Assembly: GCA_963823505.1 (NCBI GenBank)
Contig: CAWGLY010000008.1
Coordinates: 440,574-504,573 of the forward strand
Origin: an uncultured Acidimicrobiia bacterium
GTDB lineage: Bacteria; Actinomycetota; Acidimicrobiia; Spongiisociales; UBA5794
Length of the DNA: 64,000 bases
Direction of reading: 5' to 3'
Under the pieces are notes generated by a model. It searched no databases. It saw only the letters and a list, made by a program, of their open reading frames with translations, and had not been told where the DNA came from. The stretch's first letter is position 1. Every line of letters starts with the position of its first letter. Position numbers and translations under genes: made by a program. This document shows, piece after piece, positions 48,752 through 60,347 of this stretch.

Positions 48752-49534
48752 TCAGGCGGGATTGAGGAGCAGGCTCTGGACGGCGCGTCCGACCGGACCG
48801 GCACGGTCGAACAACTCGGCATCGGCGACGCCCGTGCCGTCGCCCTGCCAGTGCGACTCTGCTTTGGAGAGAAACCACTCGCCCTCCGGCTCCCGGTGCA
48901 GCGCGACGGTGAGGTCCGGATTGACGAAATCGATCTCGTCCAGGTAGGTGTTGTAGCTGATGCCATTCCCCGAGTCGGCCAGTGGGCAGATCCGTTGGAA
49001 GCCCGAACCCTCCTCGTCCGCCAGGATCGGGACCAACGACCTCAGCCACATCCAGGTGCGGCCTCCAGTGCCCAGCGAGTGGGTCGGGTCGTAGCGAACG
49101 TCGAACGACTCGCCGATCCACTGCTCATCATGCTTCGCCTGGTGAATCGGGAACCCGGCCGGAACGCTGTCGACGAAGTCCGGCACCGCGGCGGGAATCG
49201 TTGCTACTTCGATCGAGTCGAGGCGGCGGAGATGCATGGCGTAGGTGCGAGCAAGCACCCGATCGTTGTCGAAGATCTCCGCTTCGGACAGCGTGACCGA
49301 TCTCCCGGGTCGCCGCACTTCGGCTTGGACGCGAAAGCCGCTCATCGGGATGGGTCGCATGATCTCGACCGTGATGCGGGCGAGCCGTTGATGGGGAACC
49401 AGGCGCTCCAGCGCACGAACCAGCAACGCGGTCGGCGGTCCGGCATGGCATGCATGCACGTCCCACGGGCCTCTGCAGAACCCCGTGGGTTGGAACCAAG
49501 AGCCGTCTGGCGTCGTGAAATACGCATCGCTCAC
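48752..49534 (-). CDS. Thioesterase-family (double hotdog) protein
   Basis: 'GPWDVHACHAGPPTALL', 'RPGRSV', 'LADSGNG', 'FVNPDLTVALHREPEGEW'; exact start uncertain. Confidence 0.85.
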   Translation of the reverse strand: MSDAYFTTPDGSWFQPTGFCRGPWDVHACHAGPPTALLVRALERLVPHQRLARITVEIMRPIPMSGFRVQAEVRRPGRSVTLSEAEIFDNDRVLARTYAMHLRRLDSIEVATIPAAVPDFVDSVPAGFPIHQAKHDEQWIGESFDVRYDPTHSLGTGGRTWMWLRSLVPILADEEGSGFQRICPLADSGNGISYNTYLDEIDFVNPDLTVALHREPEGEWFLSKAESHWQGDGTGVADAELFDRAGPVGRAVQSLLLNPA

Positions 49535-49563
49535 GGGGGGGAGCTCTCCCTCTGCTCTGCCGA

Positions 49564-49791
49564 TCAGCCGCCGGTCAAGCGAGCCTTGATCTCCTTGCAC
49601 GTCGGACACACCGGGTAGCGGCTCGGATCCCGATTCGGAATCCACTTCTTGCCGCACAGAGCGACGACGGGCACCCCGTCCACGTTGCTGCGGACGATGT
49701 CCGCCTTCCGGACGTAGTGAGCAAATCGATCGTGGTCTCCATCATCGGTGAGCTGGCGTTTGGTCTCTTCCTTGGTGATCGTTTCTTTCAC
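49564..49791 (-). CDS. DUF3039 domain protein
   Basis: 'GDHDRFAHYVRK', 'VVALCGKKWIPNRDP...CPTCKEI'. Confidence 0.9.
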   Translation of the reverse strand: MKETITKEETKRQLTDDGDHDRFAHYVRKADIVRSNVDGVPVVALCGKKWIPNRDPSRYPVCPTCKEIKARLTGG

Positions 49792-49918
49792 GATGGGGAT
49801 TGTGCCACGGCGGGGCACGCCGGTCGCCGGGTTTCGTCAAGCGATGCTCCGGACCAAGCGTCGGCGTGCCACCCGCGCGAACGTTTCTGGTCACGGCACT
49901 AGGTGCCATGGCTCTGCT

Positions 49919-50110
49919 TCAGTCGATGTGCAACCCGCCGATGTACACGTCGGTTACCCCTGTCTCACCGAAGGGAATGCCGAAGCCGTCGCCTGAGCCG
50001 TGCAGATCAGCGTATTGGTCGGTGCTCCCAACGATTCTCCATCTGAAGTTGTCGCCCTTTTGATCGATCCGCACCTGCAAGCCCAGCGTCTGCCCGGTAT
50101 CCCCAATCTT
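49919..50110 (-). pseudogene. Fragment of a small beta-barrel protein (DUF3224/AOC-like)
   Basis: 'FRWRIVGSTDQYADLHGSG...VTDVYIGGL' resembles a 'W.I..GTG.Y..L.GSG' C-terminus; no convincing N-terminus. Confidence 0.35.
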
Positions 50111-50259
50111 GTTGATGCGTCTTGAGCAACGAACCGCGATACTGATGGTGGCGAGGTAGGACATCGCCGGGCCAGTGGGAATCTCGAGCTGTAGGTTGCG
50201 CAGGGGCGTGCTCCGTCACGGCTTTGCCGTGCTTGCCCGGCCGTACGTGAGGATGCGAC

Positions 50260-51456
50260 GTGGGCAGCTACAGAGACCGAGTGATCCCGGCGATCGTGGT
50301 GACGCTGTTCGTCGTCGGGATCGGATTCTTCTTGTCGCAGGGGATGAGAAACCTGGGCCAACAAGACGACCAGCCTGATACCGTTGCGGGCGACGCCGGG
50401 CGGGCCGAGGACGCGGTCCCACAGGCAGCGGACAGCGGCTCCGTCGCCGGTAGCGACGGGACCAAGCTCGGAGCCGCGCCGGAGCCTCGCGCCGCGGTGT
50501 CCGTCCTCGTAGCTGAGCTTGCCGATGGACAGTTCCATCTTTCGGGTGTCGTTCCGGACCAAGCGACAGCGGATCGGCTCGTTGCGGCGGCATTCGTTGC
50601 CTACGGTCCTGCGGTCACCACCGATCTTCGGGTGGCTGCCAACGTCGCCCCGGCGCCCTGGCTCGCGTCGGCTGATCAGGGTTTGACCTTGCTTCCCATG
50701 ATCACCGAGGGGAGCATTCGGGCCGAGGGCGAGCGAGTCGAAGTCACCGGCTTGTCACCCAACCAGCAGTATCTGACCGCCTTCGAGCAGGCTGTCGCGG
50801 CCACGTACGGTGTCGCCGAAGTCGCCTCAGCCGTCGAGATCACGAACCTGACGGCGCCCCGTTTCAACGCACGTCGCCAACATGGCACGCTCGTCCTGGC
50901 CGGTGAGCTGCCCAACGATCAGCTCCGCCAGTACATCGCAGGCGGTGCCGCCGCCGTGTACGGCGTGGAGGCTGTTGACGATCAGACCACGACCGGCGAT
51001 GGCCTGTATGTCTCCTATTGGATGTACACGATGCCGGGGGTGTTTGAGCTCCTCGCGGCATTCCCGGACTATGAGATCAACGTCGAGAACGGCATCACGA
51101 CGGGGTCGCTCAACGACGGTGCCAACTTCGCCACCGGCAGCGCCGAGCTCGATCAGCCAACGAAGGCTGTTCTTGACGTTGCCGTGGCCATCCTTGCCAG
51201 GGATCAGTCTCTGGGGATGTTGGTGGAGGGTCATACGGACTCGGTGGGGTCGCAGGCGATGAATCAGCGCCTCAGCGAGGCGAGGGCGGCGTCGGCCGTC
51301 GAGTATCTGGTGGCAGCGGGTGTCGATGCTGCCCGGCTGACGAGTGTCGGCTACGGCGAAGACCTCCCGATCGCCACGAACGACACGGCGGCAGGTCGGG
51401 CCTCCAATCGCCGGGTCGTCTTCGCCTTCGAGCAGAGGTCCCTTTTCGACGGCTGA
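50260..51456 (+). CDS. TM-anchored BON + OmpA-like peptidoglycan-binding protein
   Basis: N-terminal TM; 'LSGVVPDQAT', 'LAGELPN' BON-like units; OmpA 'VEGHTDSVGSQAMNQRLSEARA', 'GYGED.PIATN.T..GR..NRRV'. Confidence 0.88.
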   Translation: MGSYRDRVIPAIVVTLFVVGIGFFLSQGMRNLGQQDDQPDTVAGDAGRAEDAVPQAADSGSVAGSDGTKLGAAPEPRAAVSVLVAELADGQFHLSGVVPDQATADRLVAAAFVAYGPAVTTDLRVAANVAPAPWLASADQGLTLLPMITEGSIRAEGERVEVTGLSPNQQYLTAFEQAVAATYGVAEVASAVEITNLTAPRFNARRQHGTLVLAGELPNDQLRQYIAGGAAAVYGVEAVDDQTTTGDGLYVSYWMYTMPGVFELLAAFPDYEINVENGITTGSLNDGANFATGSAELDQPTKAVLDVAVAILARDQSLGMLVEGHTDSVGSQAMNQRLSEARAASAVEYLVAAGVDAARLTSVGYGEDLPIATNDTAAGRASNRRVVFAFEQRSLFDG

Positions 51457-51879
51457 CGGGGCATTCCGGCTCGATCTGCCCTCGCGTCGCGGCTGGTCGA
51501 AATCCGGTGCATCTCTGCCGCTCGACCGGCAGCCAGGAGTGGTCATCCGGCCCAGATGAATGCACAGGTGAGGGTTGTGGATCTGCAACCCTCGACCAGC
51601 GGTTGAGTGATCGTTCCCAAGGGGAGCCGGAAGCGAGGGTGAGAAGCCGGATGACGTCGTTTCCTGAGACCCTGCTGGCCCGACTGTGCGCGAGATGGCC
51701 TTCTTTTTTTGAGAGTTGATCTCCCGTTGATCGCTAGGTCGAGCGGCCTAGGTATATGGTCATGGGTGAATAGGTACTGGGCTCGGGTGGATACGACTCC
51801 GCGTCTCGGTATCGCCGCAATTGCGGCAGGGGAGTAAACGGGGGGCCAATTTCTTGGCCGGGAACGTAGGGAGCAAGTA

Positions 51880-54800
51880 ATGGGTAGTGGGATCCGTTCT
51901 TCGCGCGCGACAGTCGCAACCGCAAGACCTTGGCAGTGTTTGCAGCCTTCTCGCTGCTCATGACGATGCTGGTACAAGGCGGCTTCGGTGCCTCGCCACT
52001 CGCACCGGCTAATGCTGCCGGGGGCGCCTACACACTCAACTTCTCGGCCGCAGACCCCAGCATCTACCTGCCGCCCATTCCCTTTCCTGGCCTCGTAGCA
52101 CCAATCGGCAGCGGCGATGGTGACCCGATCATCCCCCTCGCGGAGTTCAACGACGGGGCGGTCGATGTCAAGGTGGAGAGCCTGGCCCCGCAAGACATGG
52201 CGCTGGGCCAGATCGTCCCCTTCGAAACCAAGATCTCTGTGTCGGGGGATACGACGCCGGAGAACGGCGTCATCACTTTCGTGAGCGGATGGAACACGCT
52301 CACCACCAACGGTGACGACTTCGGGTACGACGCCCGCGTCGACGATGTCGGTTACGGCGTCATCGCCGCGTTCATCGACACCGGTGACGGTGCGTATACC
52401 GACACCGGCACACCTGCCACGGTCGACGGCTTCACCTGGAGCCTCATCAACGACGAGATCGTCGGCATCTTCACGATCAGTGGTTTGGACGACGGGGACG
52501 AGGTCGTTCTCGAGACCTGGCTCGTGCTCGACGACACCATCCAGGCAGGCACCGGCGGCAACGTGCAGTCGCGCCTCATCGATGCGGCCACCGGTCCCGA
52601 CCAGTCGATCACGGTCGCCAACAGCGGTGCGATCACGCTCGACAACGGCGACTCGATCAGCACGGGCAACCAGACCGTGCCCCTTCTCAAGCCAAGTGAC
52701 TTCTTCACGGCCGACGTGGATCTCGCCATCGTCAAGAGCGACTCCCCGGATCCCATCGTTCAGGGAGATCAGCTCACCTACACGCTGACGGTCACGAACG
52801 CGCTCGGCTCGGCCGTGGCCAACTCGGTGGCGGTGACGGACACGCTCGACCCCAACACGACCTTCGTCTCCGCCACCTCTGCCGGAGCGACCTGCTCCGA
52901 GGCGGCCGGCGTGGTCACGTGCGACATCGGACCCATGGCGCCCGGCGACACGGTCGACATCACGATCGTCGTCGATGTGTCGGCAACGGCGCCCACTGCG
53001 GGCACCGTCCAGAGCGGGCTATGCGCTGTCGGCGACTCGGGCGTCGACCTGTGCAACGTGGCCAGCGTCAGCACGATCTCAGACGATACGAACCCAGCCA
53101 ACGACACCGCCACCGAGCCGACGGACGTGCTGCCGGCCAACGTGGCGCCCGACATCACGGTCGACAAGACTGCCAACCCGACGACGGTCGACGAGCCCGG
53201 TGGACTCGTCACGTTCACGGTGGTCGTCACCAACAACGCCGCTGCCGGTGTTGGCGATGCGACCCTCGACTCGCTCGTCGACGACATTCACGGCGACCTG
53301 AATGGTCAGGGTGACTGCTCCGTGCCTCAGCCGCTGGCTGGTGGCGGCGGCACATATACCTGCTCGTTCACCGCAACGGTGTCCGGCAACGCCGGAGACT
53401 CCGAGACCGACATCGTTACTGCCGTTGCGAGCAACGGTGGTGGGAGCGACACCGCATCAGACGACGCAATCGTCACCATCGTCGACGTGCCTTCGGCCAT
53501 CGAGGTCGTGAAGACGGCGACGCCCGACAATCTGGATGAGCCGGGTGGTTCGGTCACGTACGACTTCGTCGTCAACAACCTCAGCGCAGTCGACGATGTG
53601 ACGATCGACACGCTCGATGATTCGATTTATGGCGACCTGAATGGTCAGGGTGATTGTTCGGTGCCGCAGACGATCGCCGCCGGCGGCTCCTATTCGTGTT
53701 CGATCACCGTCAACGTGTCGGGCATGGCCGGCGACACCATCACCAACGTGGTGACCGCCTCGGGTATCGACGATGATGGCAACGCGGTCACCGACGACGA
53801 CGACGCCGTGGTGACCATCAACGATGTGCCTTCGGCCATCGAGGTCGTGAAGACGGCGACGCCGGACAATGTGGATGAGCCGGGTGGCTCGGTCACCTAC
53901 GACTTCGTTGTCAACAACACGTCTGCGGTCGACAGCGTCACGATCGACAGTCTGACCGATTCGATCTACGGCGATCTGAACGGTCAGGGTGACTGCTCGG
54001 TACCGCAGACGATCGCGGCCGGTGGGTCGTATTCGTGCTCGATCACGGTCGACGTGTCCGGCATGGCAGGTGATGTGATCAACAATGTGTTGACCGTGAC
54101 CGGTACCGACGATGACGGCAACCCGGTGGGTGGCACGGATGACGCCGACGTCACGATCAATGACGTCCCGTCATCCATCGAAGTGATCAAGACTGCCAAC
54201 CCGACCTCGGTGGATGAGCCCGGTGACGACGTGACGTTCACGTTCACAGTGAACAACACCTCTGCCACCGATTCGGTGACGATCGATTCGCTGATCGATT
54301 CGATCTATGGCGATCTGAGTGGTCTGGGTGACTGTTCGGTGCCGCAGACGATCGCGGCCGGTGGGTCGTACAGCTGCTCGATCACGCAGTTCGTCGCCGG
54401 CGACCCGGGCGACGTGATCACCAACGTGTTGACCGTGGCTGGGACCGACGACGACGGCAACCCGGCGGGCGGCACCGATGACGCCGACGTCACGATCACG
54501 GACGTGCCGTCGAGCATCGAGGTGATCAAGACGGCGAACCCGACGTCGGTTGCGGAGCCGGGTGGTGACGTGACCTACACGTTCACGGTGAACAACACCT
54601 CGGCGGTCGACGCGGTGACGATCAGCTCGCTGACGGACTCGATCTATGGGGATCTGAATGGTCAGGGTGACTGTTCGGTGCCGCAGACGATCGCGGCCGG
54701 TGGTTCCTATTCGTGTTCGATCACCAAGACGGTGTCGGGCAACGCAGACGATGTGATCACCAACGTGCTCACCGTGGCCGGTACCGATGATGACGGCAAC

Positions 54801-57800
54801 CCGGTGGGTGGCACCGATGACGCAACCGTCACGATCACGGACGTGCCGTCGAGCATCGAGGTGATCAAGACGGCGAACCCGACGTCGGTTGCGGAGCCGG
54901 GTGGTGACGTGACCTACACGTTCACGGTGAACAACACCTCGGCGGTCGACGCGGTGACGATCAGCTCGCTGACGGACTCGATCTATGGGGATCTGAATGG
55001 TCAGGGTGACTGTTCGGTGCCGCAGACGATCGCGGCCGGTGGTTCCTATTCGTGTTCGATCACCAAGACGGTGTCGGGCAACGCAGACGATGTGATCACC
55101 AACGTGCTCACCGTGGCCGGTACCGATGATGACGGCAACCCGGTGGGTGGCACCGATGACGCAACCGTCACGATCACGGACGTGCCGTCGAGCATTCTCC
55201 TCACGAAGACAGTCACTCCGGAAGTGGTCGACGAGCCGGGCGGTGCGGTGACCTACAGCATCGTCGTGCAGAACACGTCGCTCGTGGATACGGTGACGAT
55301 CAATACGATCAGTGACCCGACCCTCGGCGACATCACGGCGTTCTGCGACGACTTGCCAGCAGTGCTGCTGCCGGGGGAGACGGTGTCGTGCACCGTGCCG
55401 GACTTCGTGTCCGGCAACGCCGGTGATGTGGTGTCGAACACCGCCACTGCGAACGGCGTGGACGACGACGGCGATCCCGTTTCTGACGACGACGATGCGA
55501 CCGTGACGATCGACGACGTTCCGTCGAGCATCCTCACGACCAAGACGGCCAACCCGACGAGTGTGCCGGAGACGGGCGGTGATGTGACCTTCACGATCAC
55601 GGTGGAGAACACTTCCGCCGTCGACACCGTCACGATCAACTCCGTCGTGGACACCGTCTTCGGCGACGTGAGCGCCTCGTGTGTTCCTGCGTTGCCAGCG
55701 AATCTGGCTCCCGGAGAGTCAGTGACGTGCGCGTTCACCGAGTTCCTCTCGGGTGACGCTGGCGAGATTCACACGAACGTCGCTACAGCCTCGGGTGAAG
55801 ACGACGACGGAAACCCCGTCGAAGATGAGGACGACGAGGACGTGCCGTTCGAGGACGTCCTTCCCGATATCAGCATCGTGAAGTCGGCTGATCCGACGTC
55901 GGTGCCGGAGACGGGCGGGGACGTGACGTTCACGTTCTTGGTGACGAACAACTCTTTGGAAGACGCCACACTGGACTCGCTCGTGGACTCCGACTTCGGT
56001 GATCTGAACGGCCAGGGCGATTGTTCGGTGCCGCAGCCGCTGGCCGGCAGCGGTGGCACGTACACCTGCTCGATCACGGTGTTCTTGTCCGGCGATGCTT
56101 CGGGTCCGGCGCACAACAACGTGGTGACCGCCACGGCGTCTGACGACGACGGCAACACTGACGAGGCTACCGACGACGAGACCGTCCCGTTCGAGGACGT
56201 GTTGCCGGATATCAGCATCGTCAAGACGGCTGATCCGACGTCGGTGCCGGAGACGGGCGCCGATGTCGAGTTCACGATCGTGGTGACCAACAACTCGTTG
56301 GAGGACGCAACGATCGAGTCGCTGGTCGATAGTGACTTCGATCTGGCCGCCAATTGCGCTGATGCCGCTGGCACGGTGTTGGCGAGCGGAGCGACCTATA
56401 CGTGTGTGTTCACGGAGTTCATCTCGGGTGACTTCTCGGGTCCGGCTCACGAGAACACGGCAACGGTGGTTGCCAGCGACAACGACGGCAACACCGACAC
56501 CGAGTCCGACGACGAGACCGTCGTCTTCGAGGACGTGTTGCCCGACATCACTGTCGAGAAGACCGCCGATCCGACGACCGTGCCCGAAACCGGCGGCAAC
56601 GTGTTGTTCACCTTCCAGGTGACGAACAACAGCGCCGAGGACGCATCGCTCACCGGCATGGTGGACACGGTCTACGGCGACCTGGATGGACAAGGTGACT
56701 GCGTGTTCCCGCAGGCGCTGGCCGCCAACGGTGGATCCTTCACCTGTTCCTTCGTTGCCTTCGTGTCCGGTGATGCATCCGGGCCGGCGCACAACAACGT
56801 GGTGACGGCCACGGCCGAGGACGACGACGGCAACGTGGCAACCGACGACGACGACGCAACCGTCACGTTCGACGACGTGTTGCCGGATGTGTCGATCACG
56901 AAGACGGCGGATCCGACGAGCGTTCCGGAGACGGGCGCCGATGTCGAGTTCACGATCGTGGTGACCAACAACTCGTTGGAGGACGCAACGATCGACTCGC
57001 TGGTCGACTCGGACTTCGATCTGGCCGTGCATTGTGCGGATGCGGTCGGGACGGTGTTGGCGAGCGGAGCGACCTACACGTGTGTGTTCACGGAGTTCAT
57101 CTCGGGTGACTTCTCGGGTCCGGCTCACGAGAACACGGCAACGGTGGTTGCCAGCGACAACGACGGCAACACCGACACCGAGTCCGATGACGAGACCGTC
57201 ACGTTCGATGATGTGTTGCCGGATGTGTCGATCACGAAGACGGCGGATCCGACGAGCGTTCCGGAGACGGGCGCCGATGTCGAGTTCACGATCGTGGTGA
57301 CCAACAACTCGTTGGAGGATGCAACGATCGACTCGCTGGTCGACTCGGACTTCGATCTGGGCGCCAACTGCGCTGATGCCGTTGGCACGGTGTTGGCGAG
57401 CGGGGCGACCTATACGTGCGTGTTCACGGAGTCCATCTCGGGTGACTTCTCGGGTCCGGATCACGAGAACACGGCAACGGTGGTTGCTTCCGACAACGAT
57501 GGGAACAGCGACACCGAGTCCGACGACGAGACCGTCGTCTTCACGGACGTGCTGCCCGACGTGTCGATCACGAAGACGGCCGATCCGACCTCGGTCGACG
57601 AGCCGGGTGCCACGGTGACGTTCACCCTCGTGGTGACCAACAACTCGCTGGAGGAAGTCGACATCGACTCGCTGACCGACAGCGACTACAACGACGATCT
57701 GGCCGCCTCCTGCCCGGAGGCCACGGACATCAACCTGCAGTTCAACCAGAGCTACACGTGCGTGTTCACTGCCTTCGTTGCGGGCAATGCAGCCGATGGT

Positions 57801-60050
57801 GACCATGTCAACACGGCCACGGTGGTCGTGTCCGACAACGATGGCAATACCGCCAGCGATGATGACGACGAAACCGTGGTCATCGCCGATGTCGCTCCGG
57901 TGATCGACGTGTTCAAGACGCCGAACCAGGATCAGGTGTTCGCACCAGGCGAGGACGTGCTGTTCACGATTCGTGTCGAGAACAACAGCGTCTCGACAGA
58001 TCCGGTGACGATCACGAGTCTGGTCGACGACGTGTTCGGTGATGTGAGCGCCGAGTGCATCTTGCCCCAGACCATTGGGGCGGGCGGCGCATTCGAGTGC
58101 GACATCACGAGGACGATCGCCGCCGATCACACCAACACCGTCACGGCGACTGCGGTCGACGATGAGGGCACGGAGGTGACCGACTCGGCCAGCGCAAGCG
58201 TCGACGTGATCAACCCAGCCATCTCCATCGAGAAGAACACGGGTCCGGCCGACGCAGACTTGCCGCCGGGACCGGAGATTCTCGTTGGTGGGACCGTGAA
58301 CTGGTTCTACCAGGTGACGAACGTCGGCGACGTGCCGCTGTCCAACCTGGTCGTCACCGACGATCAAGGCGTAGTCGTCAACTGTGCTACCGACACTCTT
58401 CCCGCTGGGGCGAGCACGGTCTGTGAGGGCACAGGAACGTCCGTGGCCGGGCAGTACGCCAACATCGGTACGGCCACGGCGACTCACACGGACGTGGACG
58501 GCGATACGGCGACTCGTTCCGACGACGACCCGAGCCACTACTTCGGGGCCGCTCCGTCGGTGGACATCGTCAAGACGTTCACGGATGACAGCGTCATCGC
58601 CGGTGGTGCTGGGAGCTCGTTCACGCTCGTCGTGACGAACGACGGCAACGTCGATCTCGATGACGTGTCCGTGTTCGACGACGTCGATGACCGACTCACG
58701 GTCACGGGCGTCTCGGGCACGGCCGGAGCCGACGCCGACAGTGACATCGACGCACAGACCGTCGAATGGCTGATCTCCAGCCTCGGCGCTGGCGACTCCG
58801 TCACGATCACGGTGGACTTCACCGTGGCGTCGAATGTCGAAGAGGCGAACGGTGCCGGCGGGCTCAACGATGCGCCGGCCGTGAGCAACACCGGCGTCGT
58901 CTCCGACACCTACAACGACGATGTCGACAACTCGACGGACATCGGCGACGAGGACAGCGACACCATTGACATCCTGGTCGACATCAACCTGTCGATCGTC
59001 AAAACGTTCGATCCGACCAGCGTGCCGCAAGGTACCGCGCAGTCGTTCACCATCGAGGTGAGCAACGCAGGTCCGTCGGATGCGGTCGACGTGTCGGTGA
59101 CGGACAGCGTCAACACCTCGCTCGAAGTGACCGGTGTGAGCACGAGCAGCGGCGACTGCTCGGCGACCGTCGGCCAGGAACTGGACTGCACGGTCCAGAT
59201 CCCAGCGGGTCAGTCCGTCACGATCACGGTCGACTACCTGGTGGCGCCGTTCCTCGACGAGGATCCGCTGTTCGGTGGCGCCGGTGGAGACGAGTTCCGA
59301 TTCGTGTTCGTGAACGGGAGCATCCTCGAGGGCTCGACGGCAACCGGCGAGGTCTACCTCGACGGCGTCGACGTCTCGGACAATGCGACGTTCGTGAGCA
59401 GCGTCACGCGGAACGACATCTTCATCGATCCGGATGGGGACGGTCCCGATCCGGCCTTCGAGATGCACCTGTCGTGCTCAGATCCCTTCACGGGTGGTTG
59501 GGGTCAGTCGGCCGGTCCGGTCGAAGGCGTGGATGTCAACTGGCAGATCGCGTTCTTCTCGATCGCTCGGTACAACAACAACGGGTTCATCAAGAACTGC
59601 GGCAACGTGGTGAACCCGTTCGACGTGCCCAACACGGCGACGGCGACGGGCGAGGACTCGTTCGGGACCGAGACGGTGTCCGATGACGCCACCGTGACGA
59701 TCACGCCGGGGATCACCATCGACAAGCTGCAGACCAACGGGAAGCGGCTGACGGTGCGGCTCACGAACTTCACGGGTGAGGACAAGGTCATCGAGGACAT
59801 CTCGATCGAGTGGCCGGACAGCAACGGCAACCTGACCAAGATCCGTCTCGACGATGTGACGACGTGGACGGGCGCCGAGGCACCGCCGGACGCGTTGCTC
59901 GACGCAACCGATTCGGGCTGGAGCGGCGGCACCTTGATGACCGGCGAAGCGATCCTGCGGTTCGACTTCAAAAACAAGGTCGACAAGGACGGCCCGTACG
60001 TCATTCGGGTCAACTTCACTGACGGCACGTTCCTGGACATCAACATATAG
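51880..60050 (+). CDS. Giant (~2,710 aa) secreted Ig-like repeat protein (DUF11/DUF7507-type repeats)
   Basis: Intact 2706-aa ORF from TTG 51930 (ATG 51880 with AGGGAG RBS is one frameshift upstream); ~20 repeats 'IxVxKTAxPTSVxEPGGxVTFTxxVxN...TIxSLxD...C...TL..G..Y.C..T...N..T..G.DDDGN'. Confidence 0.9.
54489..55195 (+). repeat. Apparently exact 339-bp (113-aa) tandem duplication within the giant gene
   Basis: gtcacgatcacggacgtgccgtcgagcat at 54489, 54828 and 55167. Confidence 0.88.
56218..57555 (+). repeat. Three near-identical 336-bp (112-aa) modules
   Basis: 'KTADPTSVPETGADVEFTIVVTNNSLEDATI' at ~56218, ~56890 and ~57226; 336-bp period between the last two. Confidence 0.8.
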
Positions 60051-60058
60051 CCGGGATC

Positions 60059-60086
60059 AAGGGCCCGGACTTCGGTCCGGGCCCTT
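60059..60086 (+). terminator. Rho-independent terminator-like hairpin
   Basis: aagggcccggac-TTCG-gtccgggccctt, 9 nt after the stop, followed by ggggtttt. Confidence 0.75.
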
Positions 60087-60347
60087 GGGGTTTTGCGGCA
60101 CCGATCCTGCGTACCGGGATCGGGACCGGCACCCTCCAAGAAAAGCCATCGCCCCCCGATGAGCGGAGGGTGCGTTGAGGGGCTGGGCTTCGGCCCGGCC
60201 CCTCAACCATGCAACCCGGCCGCGAAACTGGGAGGCGCTCCTGTTGGTCGTAGCCACAAGTAGCCTGAACCGGCAGGAGCGAATCGCCAGGCCCGGTGAA
60301 GCCTCGAAGCTCCTTCGGGGCAATGCAGAACGAACGGTAGGTAGCGA

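Noticed and set aside
51543-52193. 216-aa - strand ORF upstream of the second giant gene
   Set aside because: Overlaps the giant gene's 5' end antisense and has no recognisable motif
54489-55195. Possible diversity-generating retroelement TR/VR pair
   Set aside because: Copies are adjacent, in frame and show no adenine-specific differences; no reverse transcriptase in the window
55719-59468. 1249-aa - strand ORF with apparent repeats
   Set aside because: Mirror of the repeats in the sense-strand 2706-aa gene
60210-60320. c-di-AMP riboswitch or SRP RNA
   Set aside because: Similar words are in the wrong order and the SRP helix-8 GGAAGGAAGCAG is absent; kept only as an unassigned structure
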